In this document: one piece after another, positions 24,830 through 38,085 of the stretch
Position numbering within the stretch: position 1 is the first letter of the stretch
Layout of the letters: the number at the start of each line of letters is the position of its first letter
DNA from: Octopus bimaculoides
Lineage: Eukaryota
NCBI RefSeq assembly: GCF_001194135.2
Contig: NC_068987.1
Span: 85,563,814-85,627,813, forward strand
Length of the DNA: 64,000 bases
Reading direction: 5' to 3'
Position numbers and translations under genes: made by a program
Notes under the pieces: model-generated
Seen by the model: only the letters and a program-made list of their open reading frames with translations
What the model was told of the DNA's origin: nothing
Databases searched by the model: none

Positions 24830-25030
24830 TTTCGGCACATGGCATGACATTTGGTAGGAGTGGGGGGGGGGTCGATTAGATCGACTCCAGTACGCAACTG
24901 GTACTTAATATATCGACCCCGAAAAGAAGAAAAGCAAAGTCGACTCCGGCGGCATTTGAACTAAGAACATAAAGACAGACGAAATACCGCTTGGCATTTC
25001 GCCCGGCGTGCTAACGATTCTGCCAGCTCA
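24830..25030 (-). mobile_element. Family A SINE
   Basis: Core match to other copies. Confidence 0.75.
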
Positions 25031-25084
25031 AAATAACAATAATAATAAAATGATAGTTTATTGCCTATTTGATTCAATTATTGA

Positions 25085-25480
25085 ACTGTGGCTTTTCTGG
25101 AGCAACGATTTGAAGGGATTTAATCGACCTGATCGACCCTACTACTTTTGGCTTCTAGGCCTGATACATATTATATCGATTTCTTAGGCCTAACCGATAA
25201 ATTACAGTGGCGTCAACAAACCAACGCTAATAATCGTCAAGCGATGGGGGTGGGTGGAGAAACACAGATTCAAAGGCAAACATACGCACAAACCCTCTCA
25301 CACATACACACACGAACACATGCACATATATAAAACGGGCTTCCACATAGTTTTCCTCTACTACAATCACACGAAAGGTAACGGTCGGAAAGGAGCTGTT
25401 ATAGAAGACGTGTACCCAAGGTGCTGTGGCACAGTGTGACTGATCCCAAAAGATTGTGCTTGCAAAGCAGCTTTGTTAAC
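25085..25480 (-). mobile_element. Family B SINE (degenerate)
   Basis: Similarity to other B copies. Confidence 0.55.
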
Positions 25481-25509
25481 TCCACTGGATTATCATTATC
25501 GTTATTTTT

Positions 25510-25690
25510 GCTTCGGCGGCGAGCTGGTGGAATCATTAGCAAGCAGGGCAAAAAGCTTAACAGCGTTCCTTTCATCTTTATATTTTGAGTTCAAATTCCG
25601 ACGAGACTGACTTTGCCTTTCAATATTTCAAGGTCGATAAAATAAGTACCAGTTCAATGCTGGGGATCGATGTATTTGACTCAATCCCTT
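25510..25690 (+). mobile_element. Family A SINE
   Basis: Core match to other copies. Confidence 0.65.
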
Positions 25691-25779
25691 CTCTCTACTT
25701 AATCCCTATCCTCAAAGTGACGCAGCGTTAAACATATACGAAGCCCAATATACCCAACCGTCTGATAAGCGCACACCTG

Positions 25780-26165
25780 ATTTTGTTTTGTTGGCACTCC
25801 GTCGCTTACGATAACTTGGGTTCCAGTTGATCCGATCAACGGAACAGCTTGCTCGTGAAATTAACGTGCAAGTGGCTGAGCACTCCACAGATACGTGTAC
25901 CCTTAACGTAGTTCTCGGGGATATTCAGTGTGACAGAGTGTGACAAGGCTGGCCCTTTGAATTACAGGCACAAAAGAAACAGGAAGTAAGAGTGAGAGAA
26001 AGTTGTGGTGAAAGAGTACAGCAGGGTTCGCCACCATCCCCTGTGGAGCCTCGTGTAGCTTTAGGTGTTTTCGCTCAATAAACACTCACAACGCTCGGTC
26101 TGGGAATCGAAACCACGATCTTATGACTGTCAGTCCGCTGCCCTAACCACTGAGAGGCGCAATGG
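25780..26165 (-). mobile_element. Family D tRNA-derived SINE
   Basis: Head agtggttagggcagcggact...ggtttcgattcccagacc and tail gagaactacgttaagggtacacg...ctgttccgttgatc. Pieces recur at 1077-1215, 14150-14230 and 36300-36470. Confidence 0.75.
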
Positions 26166-27644
26166 CACACCTGATATATGCATTACAACCATGTGTGTAC
26201 GAGATGGTGATCTTACGTGACGATAAACAACACATGACCTAGCAAGTGGGGCCCAGTTAGAATTTTCAACCCGCTCAAAAGGTCCCTTAATAAGGATTGT
26301 TTCCGGATGAAAATCAAAACATCTATATTTCCAAAGGGGAATTATTCAGACCCCCAAACACTTCCTCTCAACACATTCGTATGATACTTCCCCACTATTC
26401 CTGCTAGTGATCCGAGTTGCACATATTATCAGATGCTAAGAGACATGCTCAATTGGTCATCTGCGGTATTGAGCATATTATTTCTTCTAGACCACCTTTT
26501 ACACTAAGACAAAGCATATATATATTAACAATTCCAATCAGAAAAGAAAGTATGGGAGCCACTGCCTAGTGTTGCATCAGGGCAAGTATCTGTTTGTTAG
26601 TTCGCCCGTTAAACTTTAGTTCGTTAAAGAGGTGGATGTGGAATGAGTGAGAGGTAAAGTAAAGATGAGAGAGAAACAGAGGGGGAGAAGTGTAAATAGA
26701 GAACAAGGAAATGTGGAAGAAGTGGACAAAGATGTATAATAAGACCAAATGCGTCACGTGGTTAGTTGAAGGAGGAGGTGAAAAGCGAGAGAAAAAGACG
26801 GTGAAAGAAAAGAGGGGGAGAGACGTGTTAACGACGTACTGTAGGGTGGGGACGAAAGGTAAAAGAGAATGAGATATGTTTAGAATACAATATTTAGCAG
26901 AAGGTGATGTTCTGGCTGTGAGATTAAAGAAAGGTGGTGTGTTGATAGTGTATTGATAGCATGATGATGGTGAACTAAATCTATAACATTATTCTTCTAC
27001 CTGTTCGTTCACACGTTATGTTTTAGTTTCATAGAGGGGAGGAGGTGGAGTGAGAGATAGGAAAAGCAATGTGAGAGTGAGAGAGTAGATAGCCAGCAGA
27101 TGCATTATGCTGACACATATGTGGTCAGTGGAAGTGAGAGATGAAGAGAAAGAGAGAAAGGTTAAAGACATGAAGAGAGGAATTAGATCGTTAAAAAGTT
27201 TGTTGAAGAGGTAGAGAGAAAGAAAGAAATATTAAGTGCTTCGCGATGGGAAATTTTATGGAAAATAACCATAGCGAGGGACATTCCACAGTTGAATTAG
27301 AACAGTCACAAACAGTGAAAGAAGACATGCACCCAGCACCAGAGCTGAAGACACCTCCGAAAGAGGGTGGCCCCGCCACGTCAAAACGGTAGAGGAGTAG
27401 GGGCCGAAACCGGACGTGGTTCCTCCTGATGATGTCTTGAGCTAACTGGATCCTATAAAGGAGCTGTTGTGGTAGCAGACCACGAATTATGGTTGAAATT
27501 CCTCCTTGTGACTGGAAGTGAAATAAGTTGGCAAGATAAAAATAAAAATGTAAATCATCTTTTCTTTCTTAAATAGCTTCTCTTAATCTTTTTCGTTCTG
27601 TGGAATTTCCACCGGTTCCACTAGTTATCATTATTACTATTATT

Positions 27645-28099
27645 AAGGCGACCTGACAGAATCGTTAGCACGCTGGACGAAATGCTTAGCAGTATTTCGT
27701 CTGCCGCTACGTCCTGAGTTCAAATTCCGCTGAGGTCGACTCTACCTTTCATTCTGTCGGTGTCGATAAATTAAGTACCAGTTGAGTACTGAGGTCTATG
27801 TGATCGACCATACTCTTCCCTCCCCCAAATTTCAGGCCTTGTGCCTATAATAGAAAGGATTATCAAGGCGGTGAGCTGGCAGAATCGTTAGCACGCCCGG
27901 CGAAATGCTTAGCAGTATTTCGTCTGCCGCTACGTCCTGAGTTCAAATTCCGCCGAGGTCGAATTCACCTTTCATACTTTAAGGGTCGCTTAAATAAGTA
28001 CCAGTTATGCACTGGAGTCCAAGTAACCAATTTACCCCCCTCCCCGCAAATTTCAGGCCTTGTGCCTATAATAGAAAAGATTATTATTATTGTCATGAC

Positions 28100-28139
<40 letters not shown>

Positions 28140-28375
28140 GAAGGCGGTGAGCTGGCAGGATCGTTAGCACATCGGGCGAAATGCTTATCGTTATTTCGCC
28201 CGTCGCTACGTTCTGAGTTCAAATTCCGCCGAAGTCGACTTTGCCTTTCATGCTTCCTGGGTCGATAAATTAAGTACCAGTTGCGCACTGGGTTCGATCT
28301 AATCCACTGGCCGCTTCGCACCAAATTTCAGTCCTTGTGGCAATAACAGAAATGATTATCATTATTATTATTTTC
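27645..28375 (+). mobile_element. Head-to-tail trimer of family A SINEs
   Basis: Units start with aaggcg at 27645, 27865 and 28141. Each ends caaatttcagg/tccttgtg...(ATT)n. Confidence 0.85.
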
Positions 28376-28914
28376 ATATACACGCAACAGATTAGACTGT
28401 TGGAAAAGAAAAGAAATCCTTACATCAGGCCACAACAAGTAACCTTACATTCCAAGAACCATTCTAAGTATCCGGGAAGTGGGATTTTCAGGCTTCGTTT
28501 AAGCGCAAAAGGCAGCTAGATCTTTCGCCTTTATAGATTCTTTTGTACAAAGAATAGACCATTTTTCCTGATAGTCTATATCCTATGATTTTAAGTCATG
28601 AATATATTCTGAAAGCGATGTTGCACGAGCGTGTCTTGAGGTGGAGCGTTTTTAAATACTCTTTTACTCTCTTTTACTTGTTTCAGTCATTTGACTGCAG
28701 CCATGCTGGGGCTCCACATTAAAGAATATTGTAAATGATTGAAACAACCTCAGTAATTTTCTTTATGCATTGGTACATATTTTATCAGTTACCTTACCGG
28801 AGCGCTAAGTTACAGGGACGTAATCATGCCAACACCAAATGTTAAGCAGTGGGAGAGGGACAAACACAAAAAAGACACACATTCACATATACACTATACA
28901 TACATAATACATGC

Positions 28915-28939
<25 letters not shown>

Positions 28940-28961
<22 letters not shown>

Positions 28962-29110
28962 AGGAGAATTCACAAAAAACAAAAGACGAAGACACGTGGT
29001 GTAGAAAACAAACAAATGTATTAGTATAACGGTCGGGGATTGAAAAAGTCTTTAACGTTTGAAGCCTACGCTCTTCCACAGAAAGAAACAAGCAGAGAAA
29101 GACATCTTTC
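28940..29110 (-). mobile_element. Family E Penelope-type tail fragment
   Basis: Minus strand ctttCTGTGGAagagcgtaggcttcaaacgttaaagactt...gtgaattctc, abutting (CA)n/(TA)n. G12 of GAAA is mutated. Confidence 0.55.
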
Positions 29111-31779
29111 ACTTTACTTCCCTAAGGATTTGGTCAGTAGACAATTGCTCAAAGTGCAATGCTAATGTAACCGAACCGGAAGAGATGTGGTTGGGATACA
29201 AACGTCTAAGCCACGCCGGCACCTATAAATTGTATAAATTTACAGATTATTTGAAACTTATGTCTAAAGGATGAAGCGTACACCATTTCTGCTCTCAAAT
29301 TACTGTGGAAAAATGAACGAGTTTTTGTACTGCCTAATTATATCTAATTCAAGAACTCACGTCTGTACAAATCTCAGTCCATTACTATTTCAATAATTAA
29401 AAGAACATTGTAATTTTAGGAAGCTAAATAATGACAGGCTTTTTTTGAGCTGTCTGCTTTTCATTATGTATGACATCTTTCAGCTGCGAGAAATTACCAT
29501 AATTTTTTAATTATTGAAATAGCAATAATAATGGACTAAAAGTTTTCACAGTTGTGAGCTATTGAAATAATAATCTTCCTAAAAGGAGTGGATGTTCGAA
29601 CATCAGTTTTAATTTGATCAAATTAACGGTGTCATCGTTTGAGATTTATTAAATTTAAGTCGTTTCAACTCTCAAGAACTCTGCGAAGGCTTTCTTTAGA
29701 AAAAAAGATGACAGTTAATGACAGCTATACGACTTCTTGAACAACTCACCTTGTGTAGTGTCTAATATCTTTGTAACAACGTAAATAACGTTTATACACC
29801 TGCTCATAGATTTTCAATTCTCTGAACAATTCCACACAATTCTAATCGTTTTCTATTTGCAACTTGTAATATTTTGTTTATTATTTTATTTAAAAAGAAT
29901 GAATCTTTAACCATCGAACATACGAACTTTGGTTAACTTCCAGTAAAACGTGAAACCGATGGTGAAATTGGCGAAAGAAGTTCAGTAAATTTAGCGAACG
30001 GTATTTACAGAACCGAGTTCAGCCTTGCAGTGTGGCTTATTTTTTGTAAACCTTTTCTTGTATTTATCTATATTCTTTTAGGGCAGCATCAGGTTTTACT
30101 TATGTTGGTTTCAAATTTCGACACAAAGCTAGCAATTTCGGGGCGGGTGGGGCTTAGTCAATTTTGTTAACCCCAGGATAAAGAGCAAAGTCGACTTTCA
30201 ATTCCGAGGAGGAAGTAAGTCGATTACATTCACCCCAGTACATAGCTGGAGAAAGGCAAAATCGACTCTGAACGTAAAGACGGACGAAATGCAGCTAAGC
30301 GTTCTGTTCGGCGTACTAACGATTCTGCCAGCTCGGCGCCTTCAGGTTTTAATTATAATACCTGTATTGATATTACTAAAATTAGAATATTACTTGTAAA
30401 TTTTAATCTTCAGTACGTAAAAGCAAATAACAAAGACCAAAAAGAAAAAAAAACAAACACGCAAGTAATATATAAACATAACATGCTAAGACCAGAAGGA
30501 ACCATCATCGAAGATTTTGACAAGAGTTAGGTAAATAGATGAGTTCGACAAATTACGTGCAACCTCAATAGCAATAGATGTAGAAGAATTTGGAAGAGGA
30601 ATATAAATACTGCGTGAATTGCTAGGAAGAAAAATATCTCATATCAAGAAGTGGAACACCTGAACAACTCTTGGAGAAAATTGCAATACCAAAAGTAATA
30701 AATAAAAAAAAGGATAAAACAAAGCTAACTGTAAAACAGAAAAACAACAGGAAATCAGGAAGTGGTATGTTTGAAAACATCTGGTTGAAATCTTTTTCGG
30801 GTAATTCTAGTTAACAATGCCTGAATGATTTAAAAGTGGGAAGCCATCTTATTAACAGAGATGACAGAAAACGTTAACCCTAGAATTTACAACCACGTAA
30901 TCTCTCTGATTACATATTACTATGCACCTAACTTCAACCTTTTCGCAGAACCTAAATGTTGATCGGGAAGAGAAAACCCACATTAGCTGACAAAAACTGG
31001 ATTATCTAAAACCTGTTCTGTTTGCAAAGAGCGATTACTGACCAAGGAAATTATAACCAAAGATTGACATAGAAAGCGAAAAACTTTGAGGATCTCTTGA
31101 CTTGATTGCCAATGTTATTTCGATAGAGTTTGTTGTCTAAAGTTTCTTGAAACAGTTACAACGATCGCAGAAGAACCATTGAAAAGCAAATATATCAAGC
31201 ACTCGTTATGTGCAACAGATTCGTTATTAGGTTAAATTAGCCATCTGTATATCATACTTAATGTAAACAGAACACATGAATCAAGTCATACTAACCGAGG
31301 TTTTCATCCTGAGATAATATCTCTTATGGACGACCAGTTATAAATAATGCAAAGTATATCACATCAATAATATAAGAAAATCCTCCAGCAGCGGTGGTGG
31401 GAATGCCAGGTCCACATTTCAGCCTTTTGAGGCATCGTCAGCAGCGAGTACCCGGTAGTAATTAAAATGTCAAGAATAATTCCGTTATTACCAATATAGG
31501 GAAACAATGATTATATAACTCAGGGATGCTGCAAACAGTTGGACGGCTAAATAAAAATGCTGTAGTTAATTTGGCATCAAACATGAGACAAATATTGCTA
31601 AAATACCAAGTATGTCATGCGACAGAGGCAAACAAAAACAGACAAAAGAGAGAATGATAAAAATGGAATATATCCCAATAACAGGAGGTATCTTCTAAAC
31701 AAACTCTTTCTTTCCGTTCCACTTCTGCTTTGCAATAATACTTTTATCCAACGAACTAAACTACATCGAACTCCGATAC

Positions 31780-32060
31780 GAATGCTATAGGAGGTTCATG
31801 AAAAATCTGAGGAATATGTAAACTGCAGATGAAAAGCAACTGAATATATTCTTAAATAGAGTACATAGAGTACACGGATTCCACAGTGAAATATACATAA
31901 AATTTGGGTTGGAATAATGAGCAAGATCTACTTTCAAAAGAAAATTAATAACAGTTGTTAATATCCTGTTAGATATGGAAACAGCTGAAGAGTATTCGAC
32001 AAAGCATAGACATAAAAGCAATTATAAATTTATGTACAGATATAGGAGAAAAGATAAAAA
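31780..32060 (+). mobile_element. Very decayed LINE RT remnant within A-rich 30400-32400
   Basis: HGF...VVNILLDME...(frameshift)FDK spacing resembles RT subdomains 2a-3. Many stops. Confidence 0.3.
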
Positions 32061-32429
32061 GGTAACAACAATTTAGCGATATTAATGACACATTACTTAA
32101 AACGAAGGCAATAAACACCAATATTCCAGCTGTTCTCGTAATAAGTTAATAATATCGTTATAATATACTCAACTGGAAGGGAAGTTAAATGAATATGACA
32201 GACAGGAAGGCAAGACAAATGACTGCTTTTAGACAACAACATACCCAAACCGTTGACTGATAAAAGAAAGGTTATAAAATGTGCTGCATAGTATAGAGAA
32301 AATGAAACTAGAACTATTTATCAGAATTTAGGAAAACCAACAAATATGAAGAAAAAATATTGAGATAATAAAGAACATACTAAGACAGAATAATTTAGAA
32401 CGATGGTTACGTAACACAGCTTTTACCTT

Positions 32430-32795
32430 TTCTCTTTTATTCGTTTCAGTTATTAGACAGCGGCCATGCTGGAGCACCGCTTTGAAAAGTATTAAGTCGA
32501 AAGAATCAACTGCAGTTCATTTTTCGTTTTTAAAACATGGCATTTATTCTATTGTTGCTTTTGCCGAGCCGCTACGTTACGAGCCCTCTTGTCAAATGGT
32601 GCTGGAGGACACGCCCCCCCCCCCCNNNNNNNNNNCATATATACACGACAGGCTTCTTCCAGTTTCCGTCTACCAAATCCACTGACAAGACTTTGGTCGG
32701 CCCGAGGCTATAGTAGAAGACATTTGCCCAAGCTGCAATTCAGTGGGACTGAACACATAATCATGTGGTTTGCAAGTAAATTCCTTACCACACAG
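32430..32795 (-). mobile_element. Family B SINE
   Basis: gcggccatgctggagcaccgc 3' module and ctatagtagaagaca core. Confidence 0.7.
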
Positions 32796-32964
32796 CCACA
32801 AACGTCTATAAAAATAAATCCAATGAAAAACGTGTCTTGAAAATACATTTTTGTCAAATACACTGCATGCTCAATATGTTACAAGACATGGTAAAGAAGC
32901 AAAGGTAAATTCTAAAACTAGAATTGGTTTTGCTGTAAGACACAATGAGAAGACCAATAAAGAT

Positions 32965-33390
32965 CAATTCTTTTATTCTTTTATTCTTTTACTTGTGTCA
33001 GTCATTTGACTGCAGCCATACTGGAGTACCACCTTGAAGAGTTTTAGTCGGAGAAATCGACTCCAAGATGTAATCATTTGTAAGCCTATCGGTCATTTAC
33101 GAACCTTTAAGTTACTGGACATAAACACACCAACATCGATTGTCAAGCGATGGTAGGGGGACAAACATAGACACAAAGACACACACACATAGATACGCGC
33201 GCGCACGCACACGCACACGCATATATATACGACGGGCTTCTTTCAGTTTCTGTCTACAAAATCCACTCACAAGTGTTTGGTCGGCGGGAGGCTATAGCAG
33301 AAGACACTTTCCCAGTGTGCCACGCAGTGGTACTGAACCCGGAACCATGTGGTTGGGAAGCAAGCTTATTATCACTGAACCACACCTGCG
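32965..33390 (-). mobile_element. Family B SINE (near full length)
   Basis: All modules are present. Confidence 0.8.
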
Positions 33391-33565
33391 CCAACGGAGA
33401 TTATCCAATTACCAATGGAGATTTAATTTTTATCATGGCACATAATATTTAAATAAATTAAATTATTGTCCCTCTAACAACGAAGTGCTAAGTGAACTTT
33501 AACCTCATTCGTCTCGCACATTTTTCTATCAAAAGGAAAGGAATTTTGAAGTCGATATTAAAAAG

Positions 33566-33931
33566 AACAAGAGCACTCAGAGAGCGCAAACGTTCGCCAA
33601 GGCAACACCAACGTCCTCTCAACAATTAGCCGAAGATTTTTAAAATGAGAACATCTGAAATAAACGCGACTGCTCTCACAAACGGGAGTACTAAAAATGA
33701 ATCCGACAGCTGTCAAAAATTAAGTGTAAAAACAGGAAAAATAATCCACAATCCTTGTCCGGTACCGGGTCGATCTGAAAATCTAATTAGTTTGTGCCAG
33801 TCAAGTAGTCAGACATCTCTGACAGTTTCATCCGAATCCATCCAGCAGTTCTTGAGATATGTTGTCCACGGACAAACAAACAAACACGATGGAAAACAAT
33901 ACCTCCGCCTTAGCGAAGGCAGAGGTAATAA
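33566..33931 (-). mobile_element. Helentron-associated/DINE-1-like non-autonomous element (HINE-like)
   Basis: Minus strand starts attattacctctgccttcgctaaggcggaggta (12-bp hairpin, one mismatch), then (TTTG)n, a core, and terminal stem-loop gcgctc-tct-gagtgc followed by tcttgtt. Confidence 0.6.
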
Positions 33932-36164
33932 TCCGAATAATACAATCCAGAATATATGCATGAATTCTATTTTTTATATAGGTTTCAAATTTTAGTAGAA
34001 GGCCACCAAGATAGGGTAGGGTAAGTCGATTACAATGACCCCAGTGCTCAACTGGTACTTATTTCGAAAGGATGAAAGGCAGTGTAAACTTCGGTGAGTT
34101 TTAACTCAGAAACGTAAAGACGAACAAAATGCACACTACATTTTGTCCGGCATGCTAACGATTCTTGGAGCTCACTGCCTTAATTCTATTTTTAATACTG
34201 ATTGAAATTATGAAAGTTATTTAGAAAAAAAACGGGACAAGAATTGTATACTGACGCCGTTGTATAGAATTGAAAGTAGGAAATTATTCAAGACTAGAAA
34301 GAAGCGACGCAAGATCAAGAATTACGGAAATTCTATCACGCTTTTATACAAAACGTACATTTTGTTAGACCAACATACCAAGTTCTATCCACTAACTCGT
34401 ACACACACATTTTCAGGAGAGGGGAGTGAGTGTGTGTGTGTGTGTGTGTGAGTGAGTGAGTGAGAGAGAGAGAGAGAGAGAGAGGCGGGGAANNNNNNNN
34501 NNTGACCGACAGACAGATTGACCGACAGACAGACAACAGGAGAGTGAGCGGCTAGCTCTTTCTGGAAGCTATGCAAAAGCATCAGCTGCAACGAAGTCGA
34601 TTATATTTTCTCGTGTCACGAATAAGAGAAATGTTCAGAATATGAAACTGAAAATTTAAGTTAAAAATCTAACAACAGCAGCAGCAGCATCAACAACAAC
34701 AACTGCAAAAAACAACTACTGCTACTGCTACTAGTCCCACAACTTCTTTTATATGTATATATGTATACACATATATGTAAATATATACATATTTATAAAT
34801 GTATATATGTATGTATATACGTATGTATGCATAATAAATATAGCAACAAATAGGCGTAATAAAAATCACCTCAAACATAGAAACCATAAAGCTAACACCT
34901 AGATGATGTTTTCTCTGAATTTCAACAATTTCAAATATGGAAATCGACTAAAGATATTCTTCAACTATTGAAGAACTCCGACAGAGAGCTGGTGAAATAT
35001 CAATAAGCAACAATGTGTATTTGTTAATCACCAATAGCTATGGCAGATATAACATTAAGATTTTCAAATTGCTCTACCTTAGAAAGCATTTTGAAGCTCA
35101 TACATAACTATAAATATAACAAAGAAATTCGTTCTTGTTATGTCTCTAACACTCTTAATTCAATATAGTTTTCACTAATCATACACATAACTGTTTCACT
35201 AAAACTTACAATATGTCAATCTGTACATGATACTATTTGTTTACACACGCGTGTAAGAACACGCGTATGTACACATACACAAATAGTATCTGTTTCTATG
35301 TGAAGATATCTTTTCGCACATACATCTATTTATGATTTTTCGTTATCCAATGTAAAGCAAAAACAAAAACATTTACCATAGGCACACATATACATCAAGT
35401 AGACGTATACGCAAATGCATAAATTAAAAAGTTAACGTCTGTGATTTGCCATATACATGTATATACATCAAAGGTTCTACATGTTTTAACCAAGCGTTTC
35501 CAGATATGATAATCATCGATGTTTGGAAATCGAAAATACTAACTTAATAGTTTCCTAGTAACTATCAAAGAAAATACTCAAACTTTAGACTTGGCTACGT
35601 ATCAAAAATGCTCTTTCGCTAGCTTGTTTTTGAGCTGATCACACATGCTCTGTGATTATTAAATTATTTAAAAAATTCATTAATATTTTTGCAAGCCAAC
35701 TTCACAGCAAAGTAAGGAAAAATATGTCGTTAATGTTATATTCTCATATCTCACGTAAATATAATACTCCATATGTAAGGAATTTGGTAGCATCTCTCCT
35801 AAAAAGAAAAAAAAACGCCGCAACCGATTTATAATTTAATTAATAATTCCTCCTACCTCCAAGCCACGTTACGAAGTCTTTTTTTTCTTTCATAATATAT
35901 TTTATATCTAATGGTTGTTTCAAAATGAGTAACTCAAGATCAAACATTCTCTGTATACTTATAAAATATTTTCCAGACACTTTTTTCTTTAAATTACATA
36001 AAAATCTGTTTTCATTCTTTTCTTTGCTAGAATCATCAGCGTTTAAGTAATGCTGCCCTTGCGAGTTGCAATATATTTCTTGAATTTCAAAAACTTTTTC
36101 CTTGATATAAAGTCATGTATACGACTAGCAAATGTATCAACACATACTGTCTCCACGTTGGTGA

Positions 36165-36475
36165 GTGAAGGCGTGACTGTGTGATAAAGAGCTTGCATTC
36201 CAACCACATTAGTTCGAGTTCAATCCCACTGCACAGCACCTTTGTCAAGTGTTATTTACTGTTATTCCACTCAGCTGGAAAAATGAGTAGTACCTGTATT
36301 TCAAAGGGGCCGGCCTTGTCACACTCTGTGTCACACTAAATCTCCTTGAGAACTACGTTAAGGGTACACGTGTCAGTGGAGTGCTCAGCCATTTACTCGT
36401 TAATTTCACGAGCAAGCTGTTCCGTTGATCGTATCAGCTGGGACCCTCGTCGTCGTAACCGATGGAGTGGTCCTT
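36165..36475 (+). mobile_element. SINE with a B-like head and a family D tail
   Basis: gttcgagttcaatcccactgcacagcacc head, then gagaactacgttaagggtacacg tail. Confidence 0.65.
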
Positions 36476-36634
36476 TTGACAGTAGTCTTAGATCAACCAA
36501 TGCCTCGTGAGTGAATCTGATTGACGGAACCTGTAAGTGAGTCTGTCATGTTTATATGTGTGTATGTATATATATATGTGTGTATGTATGTATATATATG
36601 TGTGTATGTATGTATATATATGTGTGTATCTATG

Positions 36635-37012
36635 TATAGACTTCGGCTATGCTGGGGCACTGCATGGAAGAGTTTTAGTTGAAGGAATAATATATTTTTT
36701 AAAAGCCTGGACTTATTCTATCACTCGCCTTTTGCTGAGCCGCAAGATTACAGGGACCATAGACACACTCGCACCAGTGGTGTGGTACAAACACACACAC
36801 GCACACCCTCACACACACACACATACACTCACACATGTATATACATATACGACGGGCATCTTCCAGTTTCCCTCTATCAAATCTGCCATCAAGGCTTTGG
36901 TCGATCCGAGGCTACAGTTGAAAACAGCTGCCCAAGTTGCCGCGCAATTGGAACGAACCTGAACTCATGCAGTTGGGAAACAAACTCCTTACAGCACAGC
37001 TACACTTGCACC
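36635..37012 (-). mobile_element. Family B SINE
   Basis: Similarity to other B copies. Confidence 0.65.
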
Positions 37013-37984
37013 TATCATAAATGATACTGACTTTTCGAATTTCGAAGCGGAGACATCAGCTGTTATAACTATACATATGTTGGCGGCGAACAGAATTCTT
37101 TGTACGAAATCCATATCACGCAATATGTTTATGACTGTTATCAACACTTTGCCATTTAGTGCAATAATCCGTTAATCACCCGATATTATGAGATGCTGTG
37201 ATTGTTATTCACTAAGAAATGCGGGTTGATTGGTAGAAACTCTCAGTAATTTTCATCTGAAATATCTCGTCGATTTTATGCTTTTGAAAATTCAAAAGCA
37301 CACTACAAAAGGCAAACAAAACTCTGCGTTTTCCCTACATGGTCTAAATGAGTTTTAAAGAATACAACCTAATTAACAGCCATTACTGCCTACAATTATA
37401 CAGATGGAATTCTTGCTACAACTATTCGCTGTTATGACAGTCTCAGTAATATTAACTGATGGGCTCGTAAGAAATCTTGGGTTTCTAAACTTGGGTTTCG
37501 AAATGTGGACCTCAATGAAATGTATATTACATGTTCCTTTCTACAAATAAGAGTGATAAAAGTGAAACTCAAGGACTTGATTTGTTATTCAAAAGAAATT
37601 TTCTGTTATGTTATCGATTTTGCTCCATTGGTATGTTTATTAGATATATAGCACTCGAACACACAGGCGTCGTGACAAACAAATGACATTTTAAAATACG
37701 TTACATCAAAGTTACTCACCGATCGTAGTTGTTGAATGATATGGAAGTTATTAAATGATGAGGATTTTAAAATTAGAAAATATGAACTCAATAACAGAGC
37801 TGTGAAAATGAAAACAAAATTTGTTCTTACATTGCTTAATGTGTGAGAAGGGAAAAATTTGGATTGAAAACGTTCGAATTTGAAATGACTGATGTACACT
37901 GCTAAATAAATAATAGAGATTTATGAATTTGGGTTTCGTCATATATTGAAAGCTCATTACAATAAAAAGAACATTTGTACTTAC

Positions 37985-38085
37985 AATAATCGATGTAGGA
38001 CATAAATATTTCCATGATATTTTCCAGTAGAGGTTTGGTGCTTTACCAAGCATCATCTTGATATCATCAGAAAAATTTTCAAAAC
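37985..38085 (-). CDS. SLC6 exon (IL5-TM11): (G)FENFSDDIKMMLGKAPNLYWKISWKYLCPTSII
   Basis: Acceptor aacttaatag, donor gtaagt, 101 nt, phase 1 to 0. FxxDIxxMLGxxPxxYWKxxW motif. Confidence 0.95.

Noticed and set aside
27191-27379. 62-aa minus ORF inside the SLC6 intron
   Set aside because: No SLC6 similarity or splice support, and not needed for frame continuity.
27340-27435. CTGAAGA, ggcccc/ggggcc-GAAACCGGAC and CTGATGA elements close together
   Set aside because: Cannot be assembled into a consistent hammerhead: U16.1 is absent and stems I/II do not adjoin the core.
31412-31446. Minus-strand CTGACGA-t-gcct(caaa)aggc-t-GAAA-tgt-g hammerhead-like motif
   Set aside because: G at the cleavage position, mismatched stem II closure and no stem I. 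At most a dead relic.
33645-33995. 116-aa plus ORF
   Set aside because: Antisense reading of the HINE-like element.
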